Source of the DNA: Massalongia carnosa
Lineage: Eukaryota
Assembly: GCA_965645245.1 (NCBI GenBank)
Contig: OZ287069.1
Span: forward strand, 372,001 to 436,000
DNA: 64,000 nt
Direction: 5' to 3'
Each line of letters begins with the position of its first letter. The first letter of the stretch is position 1. A program made the position numbers and the translations under genes. Shown piece by piece: positions 1-12,091 of this stretch. The notes under the pieces were generated by a model. The model worked only from the letters and a program-made list of their open reading frames with translations, ran no database searches and was not told the DNA's origin.

Positions 1-672
1 CGGAGGGAGCTCACACGCCTGAAGAAGAGCTTCTTTTTGCCTTGGGCTCGTTGAAAGACAGGGGCTTTCATGTACGGTGTAAGGAAAAATATATTGTTAA
101 GAATAATGTGCGTGAGAGACGGGTGATAGAACAATTTTTTCTTTGCAATGCAGAGCAAATTAGGCTGGCTCGACGTTTCATGGGTGGGTTTTTATTTGAA
201 ACGGATGCAACGTTCAATACTAATAAATTGAACTTGCCTTTATCCGTTTTGGTTGGAATCACTAACATCGACCTTTCGTTTCCCGTCGCTTATTGCTATA
301 TAACTTCTGAATGGGCCGAATGTTTCACTTTTATTTTCGAATGTATGAAAGAGTTGATTTTTCATGATGATTGCCCCGGGCCTGGGGTGATTCTCGGGGA
401 TTTTGTAGCTGGGTTGAATGTAGCCATGCAAAGAAAAGCTAAAGCTCCGGCAATTGATCTCGATGCTGCATTGACCATTGCAAGAGAGGTCGCCGAAAAT
501 CTAAACCAATCAACGATGAAAGCGGGCGAGGAGAGATGCGTTTTGCAGCTGTGCACGTGGCATGCAGCCGAGGCAATAAAAAAACGACTGATCAAGGCAG
601 GAAAATATCCAAGAAGTGCGCAAAAAGCTGGAGACTCTGATTTGAGATTATATAAAATCCCTCACTACTGAT
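1..672 (+). pseudogene. Truncated MULE (Mutator-like) DDE transposase fragment; 5' part lies outside the window
   Basis: Frame is open from base 3 and carries MULE motifs FETDATFNTNKLNLPL (D1), VILGDF (D2) and LQLCTWH (CxxH). An apparent frameshift near 610 and an in-frame TGA near 643 follow. The fragment ends abruptly at the TIR of the next element. Confidence 0.85.
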
Positions 673-845
673 GAGGGGTGACTGTATAACTCAGAGGTTT
701 TGTAATTTTCCTATCTTTTAGCTGCCGCAGCCGCTTAATAAGCATCCTACCCCTACCTACCCCTCCCTACCTACATCTCCCTACATACCAACTCACCCTG
801 CTGTCGCCAAGTTTTGAAGTTATTCAACTCGCCGACATAGAACCC

Positions 846-932
846 TCCCCCGGCGCCCCCCCGGCGCCCACATAAAAATTCCCGCCGCTGCCCACATAAA
901 AAATTTCCCGCGGCCCCTAATAAAATCCCCCC
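846..932. repeat. Subterminal degenerate tandem repeats of the MULE (about 25-bp unit CCCACATAAAAATTCCCGC, x3)
   Basis: Directly visible repeated units between the transposase stop and the left TIR. Confidence 0.6.
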
Positions 933-943
933 TATTTCCCTCT

Positions 944-3211
944 TTATTCGTCATCATCCCGCCGACGATTCCTACTCTCCTCCGCCGCCATCGTCATCGC
1001 CAGCGTCGTCGTCTCCTCATCTTCCAACTCCTGCAAGGCCTCCTCCACCCCCCGTCTTCTGATTGGTCCAGTCAACTTCTCCAACCAGTCTAGCCATCGC
1101 TTTATTTGTGGATTTCTTTCCTCGGCAGTCCATTCGGCGGTGTACTCGGCTATTTCGTAGTATTTGTCTTTAATTGCGTCCAAAACCTCTCTCATCTGTA
1201 GCATATGTCGATCCGATCTTTCTACCTCCTTGTGATGATCAAAATCCAGCCTAGTCGACGTTTCATACACCTCGAAGCCGCTATCCTCAAACATCTCCGC
1301 CCAGACTGTCCAATTGACTTCCTGAAACGCGTCGAAAACGATGTTATAGTGCCACAAGTGTCTGCATGGGAGTTGATATTGACGCCAAAATAGACAGTCT
1401 ACAGGACAGATTAGCTCATCAGGCAGCTCACCTGCCGGCTCATCACCGTCTGCTAAACTTCTAGCGGCTAGCTTCCATTGATCAACTATGAGCATTTGCA
1501 CGGGATAGGGAAATTTTCGAAGATATGGGCATTCCTGACATTCGGGAGTCATAGTAGTACGAAAATTAGCCTCTTCGCTGCGGGCTCGATTTTCCCATTG
1601 ATCCCCGATTCGAAGCACATGGCTTGCAGCCCCGATCAGAGAAAAAGTCATGAAATGCGCTTTACCTACAGTACTAATTAGTATGACGAATGAAGCTCAA
1701 GAAATAGTCTCACCGTCAGCATGCTTTTTAATAGATGCGTGCCAGGATTCTACCGCATTAGTCGTCATGCACTGCAGTAAAATGCATGAATGCTGACGTG
1801 CGTAATTAGCCCATTTGGATTTAGTCTGCACCCATTCTCGATCTATATATTGACGTTTTTCTTCAGGGGCAGCTGCCAATGCCTTTTTGAGACTATCATC
1901 GCATCCGAGCTCCGTTTTTCTGAAATATAGAGCATCATACAAATGCTTTTTTGCATTTTTGCAATTGGGACCGACCAATTTTCGATTCAGGGTACGCTCG
2001 GAGTGAGTCCGACAAAGTAGATGAGTAACCTCCATCTCCCCGTCGATCAACCCTCGAAATGCAAGACTGACCCCTCGCTGTTCAGCTGCAGAATCGTCGG
2101 TGATAATGTATCGAAGTCTCCAAGCTCTAGACCATCGCTTAATCTGACGAAGAAACTCTCCTATAATGTCACCGTCCTCGTTACTACTCAGCATGTGGGC
2201 TCCGGGAATCCAGCTTTCACATTCGTCACGAATCATCAATGTAAATAACTTCCATTTTAGCTGATTGGTGTTATGAGTACTGTCCATCAATGTCAGATGT
2301 CCACGTTTCATCAATACTGATAACCGAGATCTTTTTGCAAATGCTATTGCATGTGATCTTTCTCTATCAATGAGACGAGTTATTTCAAGCTTTGCAGCTA
2401 GAACATCTTCACCCAATGCCTGCAATGCATCAAAACAGCTATTCAATTGATTAATCCATGACTCCCTAGCTCCCTGAATTCGTGCATCAGGATTCTGCTT
2501 TTTAAAGCTTCTTCCAGCATTGTATACGGTTTGAAAGTTGAAATTCGACCCCCCGGCCTGTTTCAAAACTTCAAGATTCCCTTCCCATCTAACGCCCTGC
2601 ATGTTTCGATTGACGTCTCCCGGGGTATATCCTTTTGCCACCTCTTTACCAGCCGTCAGTCTGATGGCGGAGTTGATTTTGATATTGTCCACAACCTCCA
2701 AAATGTGATTATGTTGCAGCTGATTAACTGAGTCGTCAAGCTTCTTGTTGACGTGACGACTCAAAGTCACCGTCAACAATTCATTGATCTCATCAAATTG
2801 TTTGATCATAGCCAGCTTTATAGAGCAAGCATCAGTTAACCGCATTCGTTTAGCACGTCGTCCTGAACCTTGACTTTTAATGTCAGCATCTTGCTTCCAA
2901 AGTCTGCAAAACCAATATGATTTTTGAGTTCTCTTCTTGGTAATAGGCTCCGTGTGATTATGCACCCAGATGTTGTCCATAAACGGCCAGTATGAAGCAT
3001 AATTATCCGCAGTCCAAGTTATTGGTGCATCTAATGCAAAGACAAGCTGACGCATCGAGACCAGATGAGAAGGTAGAGCCAAGACAGTGGAAATAGGGGT
3101 CGAAGCGGAGCGAGAAGATCCTCTGGCGACGGTGAGCTGACTATCCAGCTGACTATCTAGCTGACTGTCGACGTCGCTTTCGGGCTTGGTGGTATCCAAG
3201 TACGAAGACAT
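944..3211 (-). CDS. MULE transposase with C-terminal SWIM-type zinc finger (2 exons)
   Basis: Motifs LMDSTHNTN, IITDDSAAE, LCRTH, TTNAVESWH and CPVDC..QLPCRH. A 48-nt intron at 1713-1666 (GTGAGA...TACTAAT...TAG) joins the two ORFs in frame (..KKHADG|KAHFMTFS..). Confidence 0.9.
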
Positions 3212-3659
3212 CTTGAATAGCCTCAATAAATGAGAGCAGCGAGGTATGAGAAAAGTGATAATAAGGGGTAACCAGGGGATGAGAATTATGGTTGGAAGAC
3301 GCGACATTAATATTTACGAGATTTGGTCATGTGCCAGCTTACTAATTGGCTGCGGCAGCTAAATGGTATGGAAAATAGAAAACCTCTGAGTTTTACAGCC
3401 TCCCCCCACGGACGGGTGAAAAAACAAAAAAACAAAATGACATAGCAGAGGCAGTTCGCACGGGATGCAAAAGTCGGGATATGTACGAAGTAAGCTCGAT
3501 GCTACTGTTTTTTTCATTTCCTACCGAGGAGGACATAGCTTTGTTTTGTTTGTCATGTTGTCATTCGTTTCGCCGGGGAAGGGGACTTCAAAAGGTGCCG
3601 TTTCGTTACTTCTCGAGGCAAGTTGATTATAGGTATTCAACCTTCTGCTTCGCCTCATC

Positions 3660-4408
3660 ATGCACCTACGTCTGTATATCTGCGCTGCACTTTTCACCGC
3701 TGTTGTTGTTGTTGTTGCGACCCCGCTTCCCGACGAGATAGACGGCTTCGTCCCCAACCTGGCCGATCAGGACACCATCGCTCTGGGAGGAAATGGCCAG
3801 ACAGGCTCCGTTTTTGCGCCTGCGAATAGCTTCCTCCCCGCGCAAGGGATAGAGGATGCTGGTACCCCTGCTGCGAATAGCGATAGTGCCGATATACTCG
3901 GTGTCCAAAAGGCCACTGAGCCTACACCCGGCGCAGAGGTCGCGGAGGGTGAGCTAGATTTACTTGTGTTATGAAAATCAATCGCTCATTAGATTATATC
4001 CAGCGCCGAGATACAATTGTCCCACCGGCTTTGAACCAGTTTGCTGCATGGATAAAAACTCCTGTGTGACAAGTTTGTTTTTCTGGGCCCAGGGAATGGC
4101 TCGCAGCTGATGTGGGCTCGCAGGTCTAGTATCCTGGTATTGGCAGATGGGTTGGGGTATTTGCACCAGCCCAGAAAGCGCCAAGTGTTGCCGTGTTTTA
4201 AAGGTAGTACACCCCCTTGCGTGTGTGATCTATGGCCGTAAAGCCGGTATCGTCAGCGCTAATACGACGAACGATGAATTAGGATAGGGAGGGTGCTTGC
4301 CAACCGTATCGGGGCCAGCAATTATCCAAATATCACTACACTTTATCGTATGTTGCTACTTGTTGTGGGCGATGGAGCATGGTCTCGGACATTGATTATA
4401 CGGAATAA
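3660..4408 (+). CDS. Small secreted Cys-rich protein with hydrophobin-like C-CC-C-C-CC-C pattern (4 exons; 3' end uncertain)
   Basis: Signal peptide MHLRLYICAALFTAVVVVVA-TPLP. Introns 3949-4003, 4073-4123 and 4204-4282 splice in frame to give YNCPTGFEPVCCMDKNSCVTSLVSWYWQMGWGICTSPESAKCCRVLKDREGAC. Confidence 0.65.
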
Positions 4409-5732
4409 AGCGATCGTTTCCTGCTGCCCGATATGTCACAACGAAATATGTACCAGGATCACAGGAGGCAGGGACTGAACCAAGGAAGTGTTGTCGGTCG
4501 AAACTGGGTTGCAACGTTTTTTGGACGCTTGGGACCGAGATATGTTTCCTGAGTAGCTAGGCTCTGGGATGAATATCAAAGCTATAGCCCTTGAATTGGA
4601 TATGCCTAGTCACTAGACTTTCTCTTTCCATTACGGCATTTGCTTGATTGACTGAAGTTCTCGCTGTCCATCCCCCTGCCAAATCAAAACTGATGAGAAA
4701 CATGAAATCCGTGATGATGACGATGACGACGACAACAACAACCAATACATGAGCTCGCACCTAGAGCCGTCCCCATGCTCATCGTAGCATACAGAAGAAG
4801 AAAAAAGCCGAACCAGCCAGAATAAAAAACGTCGGGTTGCAACAGTCGGCGAGTGAGAAAAGGAAGATTCGGCGCTGAACAGGAACGAGACGGGATGTAG
4901 TTATACATGGAACGAAGCGCCCGCTTAGAAAAGGCCATCGTCAAGAGGAAAGAGGTGCAACGTTGAGAATGTGCCCCGGAGTGGTCGGCAAACGTCATGG
5001 CATGCTAAGTACCGTGGGATATGTATGTTTGCCGTTCCTCGTGGTGGTTCGTATGTGAGTATGTCCAGCGGGTGCTTGGCCGTCACGATGTTCAACGGGA
5101 CTATTTACCCCCCTGAGTAAGTAAGTAAGTAAGCATGTATATATGTGTGTACTAGGACGTGCTTCTGCCCCAAAAATGAGTGATAGGGGGTTCGTCTTAT
5201 CAATCTTTTTGGGCTGCAGCACAGAACCTTGATGTCCACTTGCTCGCTCAACGAATATTCCTAGTTAACTATAGTACCAAGATATCTATCTAGCATATAC
5301 ATACCTTCCCTTTGCGTCTGGCTTTTTCTCTGTCTTTCTCCATGTTTATGCTCGCCCCTTACCCATCTTATCAATTTTCTAACTACTCGCAGCAGAACGG
5401 AACGCTTCATACATATCTATCTACCTGCCCGTCTAGGCCATGAATCGCGCAGTCTTAATCTTTCTTCTACACATTAACATCGTGGCTGAGTACGCCCGGT
5501 CTCGGAGTTGTCCAAAAGATGCGCTGATCGTTAGTTAGCCCTTACATAACTACCTCACGCACGTACATGGAATGGAATGAATGGGTGAGGAGGCTATCTG
5601 CCTAAGCGTGAAGCAGCAAGTGGATTCTATGGAAATTTTCCGGTCTTCGTACAAAGTCTGTCTTGTCATCTCTCTCCGAACCCTCTATCCAATCCCTTGC
5701 CCTAGTCTTCCTCCAACCAACTCCCACCTCGC

Positions 5733-7262
5733 CTAATACGGGACTCCGTAAGGATTCGCATTCACGCTCCTAATATCCACAGACCCATACCCACACATCT
5801 CAGTGTCAGTCGGCACCTCCCGATACCAAACGTCCATGTCCTGCATGAACGCCCCCATAACCTCCTCGCGGCTCAAATCGACCGGCTCCAAATCCTTGCC
5901 CAGCATCCTAATCAAGCTGCCCCCCACCACGTTGCCGAGCCCCAAATCATCGTCGGCGATCCGCTGCTTAATGGCGCCTTGAACCTTGGCGGCCAGGACA
6001 TCGGCGGCGAAGCAGAGCTCCTGGCACGCGACTCGCGCTAGGGCCACCCTGTCGATGGTGCCTAGCGCACGCACCATCGCCCCTGCGGTCCGGAAGCCGC
6101 CGGTAATGAGGGGCTTGGTCTTGTGGAGCGCTGGGGTGATGGTCTCGGCGAATTCGAGGAAGAAAGCTTCGCGCCGGCGGGTGCTCTCGCGCTTATGCAG
6201 GAAGCCGAGCTCCTAGCAGGTGCCGCCGCTCAGCTCGACAAAGTCGAAATGGTGAGCTTCAAGCCTAGCGCAAAGGTCGAGACACTCGGTTGTGTTGAAG
6301 CCTTCAGATTAGAACTAGACGCTGTTGAGTTTGATGCTTAGGCTGAAGGTCGAAGGGACACGATTGCGGATTTCTTGCGCTATTTCGAAGATGATACGAG
6401 ATCGGTTCTCGAGACTGCCACCGTATTGGTCGGTACGTTGGTTGGTTGATGGAGCGAGGAATTGGGCGAGGAGATAACCGCTTTGCATTAATAAGTATTG
6501 ACTGCTGCGTACAAGTTAGTCGGGAATAGGGACGTACTGCGCGCAACGCAATTTTATTCCATCAAAGCTGCCTCTGTGCACAGAGGAATTCAGCCGCATG
6601 GGCAAACCCTTCGGTGATTTGCTTGATCTCCTCCGCCGATGCCGCGTGGGGTTTCTCAAACGTCATTCCTAGACGTCTTGTCTGAGTGTTTGCATTGGTG
6701 CTGGGCAAGACCTAACTGACCCCATACGACTGCCTCGAGCTGGACATCACTGGCTGGAACAGGATTCTTTTGAAACTTTGAAGGGGATTAACGCCCAGGA
6801 TGGCAGACTTGGCCAATCATTAGGCCACCGTGTTGCTTACCAGCCTCGGCAAAATCTTTAAACACATCGAAAAGCTCACCTTCAAACCTACTTCCACGCG
6901 GAATGACAGCGCAACCTGCCGACACCAGTTGATCTAATTCAACCATGATATTTCCAGTAAGTATCGATCCGAACCTCCCTTCACCCCAGCGCTTGTAAAC
7001 ATTGATCAAGTTCTGGGAGGGAATACCGCGAGCGGTAAGATTCTTTGGATCCCAAGACGCAAGAGTTTCTGCTGTAGCGGCTTTGAGGCAATGGTCACGT
7101 TAGCTCCTTGCTATAACTTCATCCCAAGAGCCGACGTGACAGCTAAAAAGTCGAAATATACAATCTGTTTGGAGCAGTCTTGCCACTGAACTCAAAATGT
7201 AGGGGTTGATCAAGTGGCTCAATGGATACGTCCTCGGACTCATAACGAATGGTGGATGACAT
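5733..7262 (-). pseudogene. NADH:flavin oxidoreductase / Old Yellow Enzyme family pseudogene
   Basis: Recognisable segments [45 protein letters not shown] and DFVELSGG. Premature stops at 6788-6790, 6315-6317, 6309-6311 and 6213-6215, plus frameshifts and a damaged first acceptor. Confidence 0.85.
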
Positions 7263-9150
7263 AACGGCTATTACTTTGAGCTGAGATCTAGAAATAGAAA
7301 GATGAACTTGGATAACGAAGAAATCGAAGCGTAACGTAAGAAGGGAACAATTGATAAGAATAAAAAGAAACTCGATCTACTTTATAAAACGACGCAGGAA
7401 CTTCACTGGTCTCTTTATGCTCTCCAGAATCCGCCACCCCACGTACCACCAGGCTCTTGATCTGGTTGTAGAAAAACTGGTTCTCCCAAAGTCGCCAATT
7501 GTCAAACGGTAGGAGTTGAGGGCTAATACGCGCGATTATTAATCCCCTTCTGAGACTAAAACATCTCCTGCGAGAGACTGATAAGTTGTTCCCTGAGACG
7601 CTTGCTTTGTTGGCGCCACAGATATATAAGCAGAACTCCATTTAGTCTAGTCATATCACAGCCATTCCTCCACATCCACGTCCAACTAATCTATAGGCCG
7701 TCTTGCTGATAATTACAGACAGAGTACAGTATACCGACCGGAAGCTGGTGTACGATTTGCATGAACTCCATGGGTGATTGAAATCCCCAATCAGTTCCCT
7801 AAGCTATATCCCCAACTTAGCCTTGATTAGGATCTAGTGAGGGTGTTGGAGGTTACCAGTTCACTACTTTCTTGGAAGGTGACAAGAAATCGCTAAGCAA
7901 GCAGCGCACTATTGAGGATGCCATCTGTATGCACAAAAACTGCTCGTCATGCAATTTTCCAGTAAGCATCATGCCACAAGGAAACACACTCCCTTTTGTT
8001 CATAAGTTATACTTCAAGGACCACAGAGGAGTTCGATATCTCCAGGTATTTTCTTGGAAAAATAAGCTCTCGATGCTATTTTGGTCCCGTTTGCAAGAAC
8101 TCTATGCATGCCCTCACTGTCTAGCTGGACCCCCAACATAATATTGCAGTTAGTTGCGTTCATTAAGCAGCCACCTCCTAATATTAGATCCATCCAGAAG
8201 GAAGATATTGGTATAGGTAGCATCCTACCAGTCAGTAACATCAGGACTATCCGAAGCCATTTGGGTCTTGCTTTCTCATCCTATCTCCAAGCCTGGAGCA
8301 TAAATTTGCGTATGGTTTCTTGATTGACATAGATCTTAAATGAGTAATCGGACACGTATAGTATTGGAGATTGCTTTAGATTATTGGACCTATACTCGGA
8401 TTTTACGTTCGGACCTGTATTCAACCCGTGCTTTCAAATTAAAAACTCCAATATGAGGTCAATGGCCTTGAACCTGATTCCCGGTCTTCTCAAAAAGAAT
8501 TTGCTGTTCTGAATACATACTGAATGCGGCAAGGTGACTTAACGCCATCTGAAAAGATAGGCAACTTGGAGGCAGATACTTCTCCGCCGTGTAGGACTCG
8601 AAACTGACGATAATTTCAAAACCGAGTCACATTTCAGCGCCCAAATGGGTATTGAAGCAAAAATATGGTCAACGTGATACCCATGATCTGAGTGTGACAA
8701 GTTTTGCTGACTCGTGACAGCTATCACCGCTACTCACAACCGCCGGAACTTCCTACGAGCTATATGAATAGTAATCGACTAGAAAAGCAAAGATATTGAT
8801 GGACTGAATAATAAGAATAGCTATCTTACTTTGAGATTAAGACATACCATAGCTAGCGTAATGTTATTGATCCTAAGGATGAAATCAAGATAATGCCACA
8901 ATAGAAGCGCGAAGGAGGGTTAAGTGCAAAAAAAACCCCCAGACCCACGGCACAAAAGAAATATAAGAACTCATTTGGCTGTAGAAATCTTAGCAGGGTT
9001 TGTTTTATATTGTACTCAGTAATTAGATCTGTCTCGCGGCTGACGGCGTTTCTTTTTTCCGGCTGGATAAACGCACGGCAATCGTTTACGCCTACCTTAT
9101 GCCTAGTAAGCTGTGAACTTTGGGGTTTGGGAGCTGAAGCAACTTTCAAG

Positions 9151-10656
9151 ATGGCAGAGGCACCCATTGGTATGTGCATCCCAATTAAGGGGAAAACCTT
9201 GACTGATAGCTTTTAGTCCTCGATGGAGGAACTGGGTTCCTCAAGGTTGGCTATGCTGCTCAGGTACCAGCCCATTGCATTAGCTGGGAATCCTTATGGC
9301 ACGGAGGAAGACCGCTAATTAGATCGTGAGATGAAAGAATTTCCCAGAGCATCAGTACCCTTCGATCGTCGGCCGACCGATCTTACGATCCGAAGAAAAG
9401 TCTGGAGACATTGTGGTTAAGGATATCATGTGCGGGGATGAAGCGGCTGCGGCTCGATCAATGCTGCAGATTACATATCCGGTACAGCAGGCATCACCAG
9501 AAGGCGTTTACTCGGTGCTGACTACGAGCCTGAGTAGATGGAAAATGGAATAGTCAAGAGATGGGATGATATGGAGCATCTTTGGAACTACACCTTCGAC
9601 GAGAAAATGAAGATAAATACCTCCGGCCGAAAGATCCTATTGACCGAGCCCCCCATGAATCCCTTACAAAATCGAATTCAAATGTGCGACGTCATGTTTG
9701 AGAAGTACAATTTCGGCGGGGTCTACGTTGCCATACAGGCCGTATTGGCTCTTTACGCTCAAGGTACATCCATCATACATGTAGATCTATCAGCGTCTAA
9801 AGCTACTAGGTCTTAGCAGCGGCGTGGTTGTCGATTCTGGAGATGGGGTCACCCATATCGTCCCGGTCTATGAGTCCGTGGTGCTGAACCACTTGACCCG
9901 ACGCCTGGATGTGGCGGGCCGTGACGTTACCAGGAATCTCATCGCACTTCTCCTTCGACGAGGATATGCGCTGAACCGCACCGCCGACTTCGAAACCGTG
10001 CGACAGATCAAAGAGAAGTTATGCTACATTTCGTACGATCTCGAACTCGACCAACGGCTCAGCGAGGACACAACTGTGCTGGTGGAATCGTACACATTGC
10101 CCGACGGCCGGGTAATACGCGTGGGAAGCGAGAGGTTCGAGGCGCCTGAGTGCTTATTCCAGCCGCACTTAGTGGACGTGGAGCAACCCGGCATTGCGGA
10201 GTTTCTGTTTAACACAATCCAGGCGGCGGAGATCGACGTACGGAGTAGTCTTTATAAGGCGATCGTGTTGAGCGGGGGAAGTAGCATGTATCCAGGCTTG
10301 CCATCACGGTTAGAGAAAGAAATCAAGCAGCTATGGCTGACCAAAGTCCTGCACGGGAATCCCGAGAGGTTGAACGTAAGCGCCATCGTACAATCACGTC
10401 TAATTTCGATTCTGACAATGCTCCCTAGAAATTCAAACTCCGAATCGAAGACCCACCCCGGCGGAGACATATGGTCTTCCTTGGAGGCGCAGTACTAGCG
10501 AACATCGTACGTTTCCCAGCCTGTCTTACTGAAAACCTAGCCTACATGCGTACTAACAGGGCGAACCAGATGGCTGACAAGGAAGACATGTGGATCTCCA
10601 AGCAAGAGTGGCAAGAGCAAGGCCCGCGTGCCTTAGAAAAGCTGGGTAAAAGATAA
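9151..10656 (+). CDS. ARP2: Actin-related protein 2 (Arp2/3 complex), 7 exons
   Basis: [79 protein letters not shown]; six canonical introns. Confidence 0.97.
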
Positions 10657-12091
10657 GTAACCCTCTGAAAAGCGAAGAAAAGAAAAGAAAGAAAAGGCTC
10701 CCCAAAATCGTACTCCCCTTTTACCTCGGAATCAATTCTTCATGATCCGCCATGATCCCAGACATCTCTACAAATTATCTCCCGTCCTAGAACTGTCTAC
10801 CGTTAATCTCTCTTCACTATGCTGTGGTTTGTTTTTTCCCAACCTCCCATTCGATTGTCCAACTCACCCCTTCCGATCCTTCCAACCTTCCAACCCCCAA
10901 CCCAAAATCGATGCCCTCCCTCCTTTATCACCCACACTCGCCATATCCCCATCCCACTCCTAACAACCCACCTCCCTCCATCCACCCCCCGGGTAAAACC
11001 AGAAATTAAAGGTTTTGCGAGTGAGAGGGATGGTAGAGGCGGGCAGGCGGAACTAGGGCAAAGGCATTGATAGGTAGGGTAGGGAAGTGATTATAAGAGT
11101 GCTAGCAAAAGGTAGGGCTTAGGTTGAGGTACGAAGTGAAGCGAGGGACAGGACCAGGGGTTATTGAGGATTATTTTTTTTTAAAGAGGGTGAAATACCC
11201 TGATATTTCTTGAGCGCGCTAGGAGTATCTGAACTCGTTTGTACGTTCGTTCGTTTTTTGGGGGGGTTGGGGGAGGGGGGATGGAGAAGGGGTAAGATAG
11301 GTAATTGAACCTAACCTAACCTAATAACATAACTCCCCACCCACGTAACTAACCGGTAGGGCTAACAGAACTAATACAAGAAGACTTTTTCTCCGGGGAG
11401 GAAATGGGGGGGCACGGTACATGGTGTATGGTGCATGATGAACGGAAATAGTGAAGTGGAGAATGGCGTAGGCATTTACAACAGGATCATTAGGGGGTTC
11501 CAAAGACTGAACCCAACACACCACAACACAGAAGCGTGTCTAGGGAAATCTGCTCATGGGTGCACCTAGGTAACTTTAAACCTAACCTAACCGACTAAGT
11601 AACTAATTGACAGAGCTAATACGAATACAAAAAAGGCCTTGAATTAACAAGGAAAAGTGGGGGGGGTATTGTGGGTGCGTGATGTGATGCATGGTGGAAG
11701 AAGAAAAGACAGTGGCCTACATATGGACTGTGATCGGATGGTTCGAGGTGTACACAGACGAAATGGGAGAATAAAGACGGGGAGAGGGGGTTCGCATAGG
11801 AGCTAATGGGTTTCGCTTGGAAAAGGGCGACGGTGACTGGATACAGGATGCGCTTTGCCAGGACAGACAGATAGGCTAGCTGGTGAGAAAAGATGCAAGA
11901 AAGAAAGAAAAAAGAAAAGACTGGGGGCGAGGGGCCGAGAGGAGATGAACCGAACGCGACGCGTCAAAAACTGTCGATGCGGGGGGAAATAGAACCCCTA
12001 CAGCGCCAGGTGCGCGATGTCTGGAAGGGATAACCCCGTCCGTCAGCCATCCGCGGAGAACTGAAGAGATGAACAGGGCACGAACCTGCAA

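Larger units (their letters stand above)
673..3407 (-). mobile_element. Full-length Mutator-like DNA transposon (MULE) with about 70-bp imperfect TIRs
   Basis: Left end GAGGGGTGACTGTATAACTCAGAGGTTTTGTAATTTTCC...TTTAGCTGCCGCAGCC matches the reverse complement of the right end, GGGGGGAGGCTGTAAAACTCAGAGGTTTTCTATTTTCC...TTTAGCTGCCGCAGCC. The ends enclose a transposase gene. No TSD seen. Confidence 0.9.

Noticed and set aside
4557..4998. Two minus-strand ORFs that can be spliced into a small hydrophobic protein
   Set aside because: No recognisable motif or codon bias, and the apparent hydrophobicity comes partly from microsatellite sequence.
7300..9100. 1.8-kb region with several 60-117 aa ORFs
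   Set aside because: No recognisable domain or consistent splice model. Possibly a highly decayed gene, but unsupported.
11308..11325. AACCT repeats resembling telomeric sequence
   Set aside because: A 5-mer microsatellite, not the CCCTAA hexamer, with only about 3 copies.
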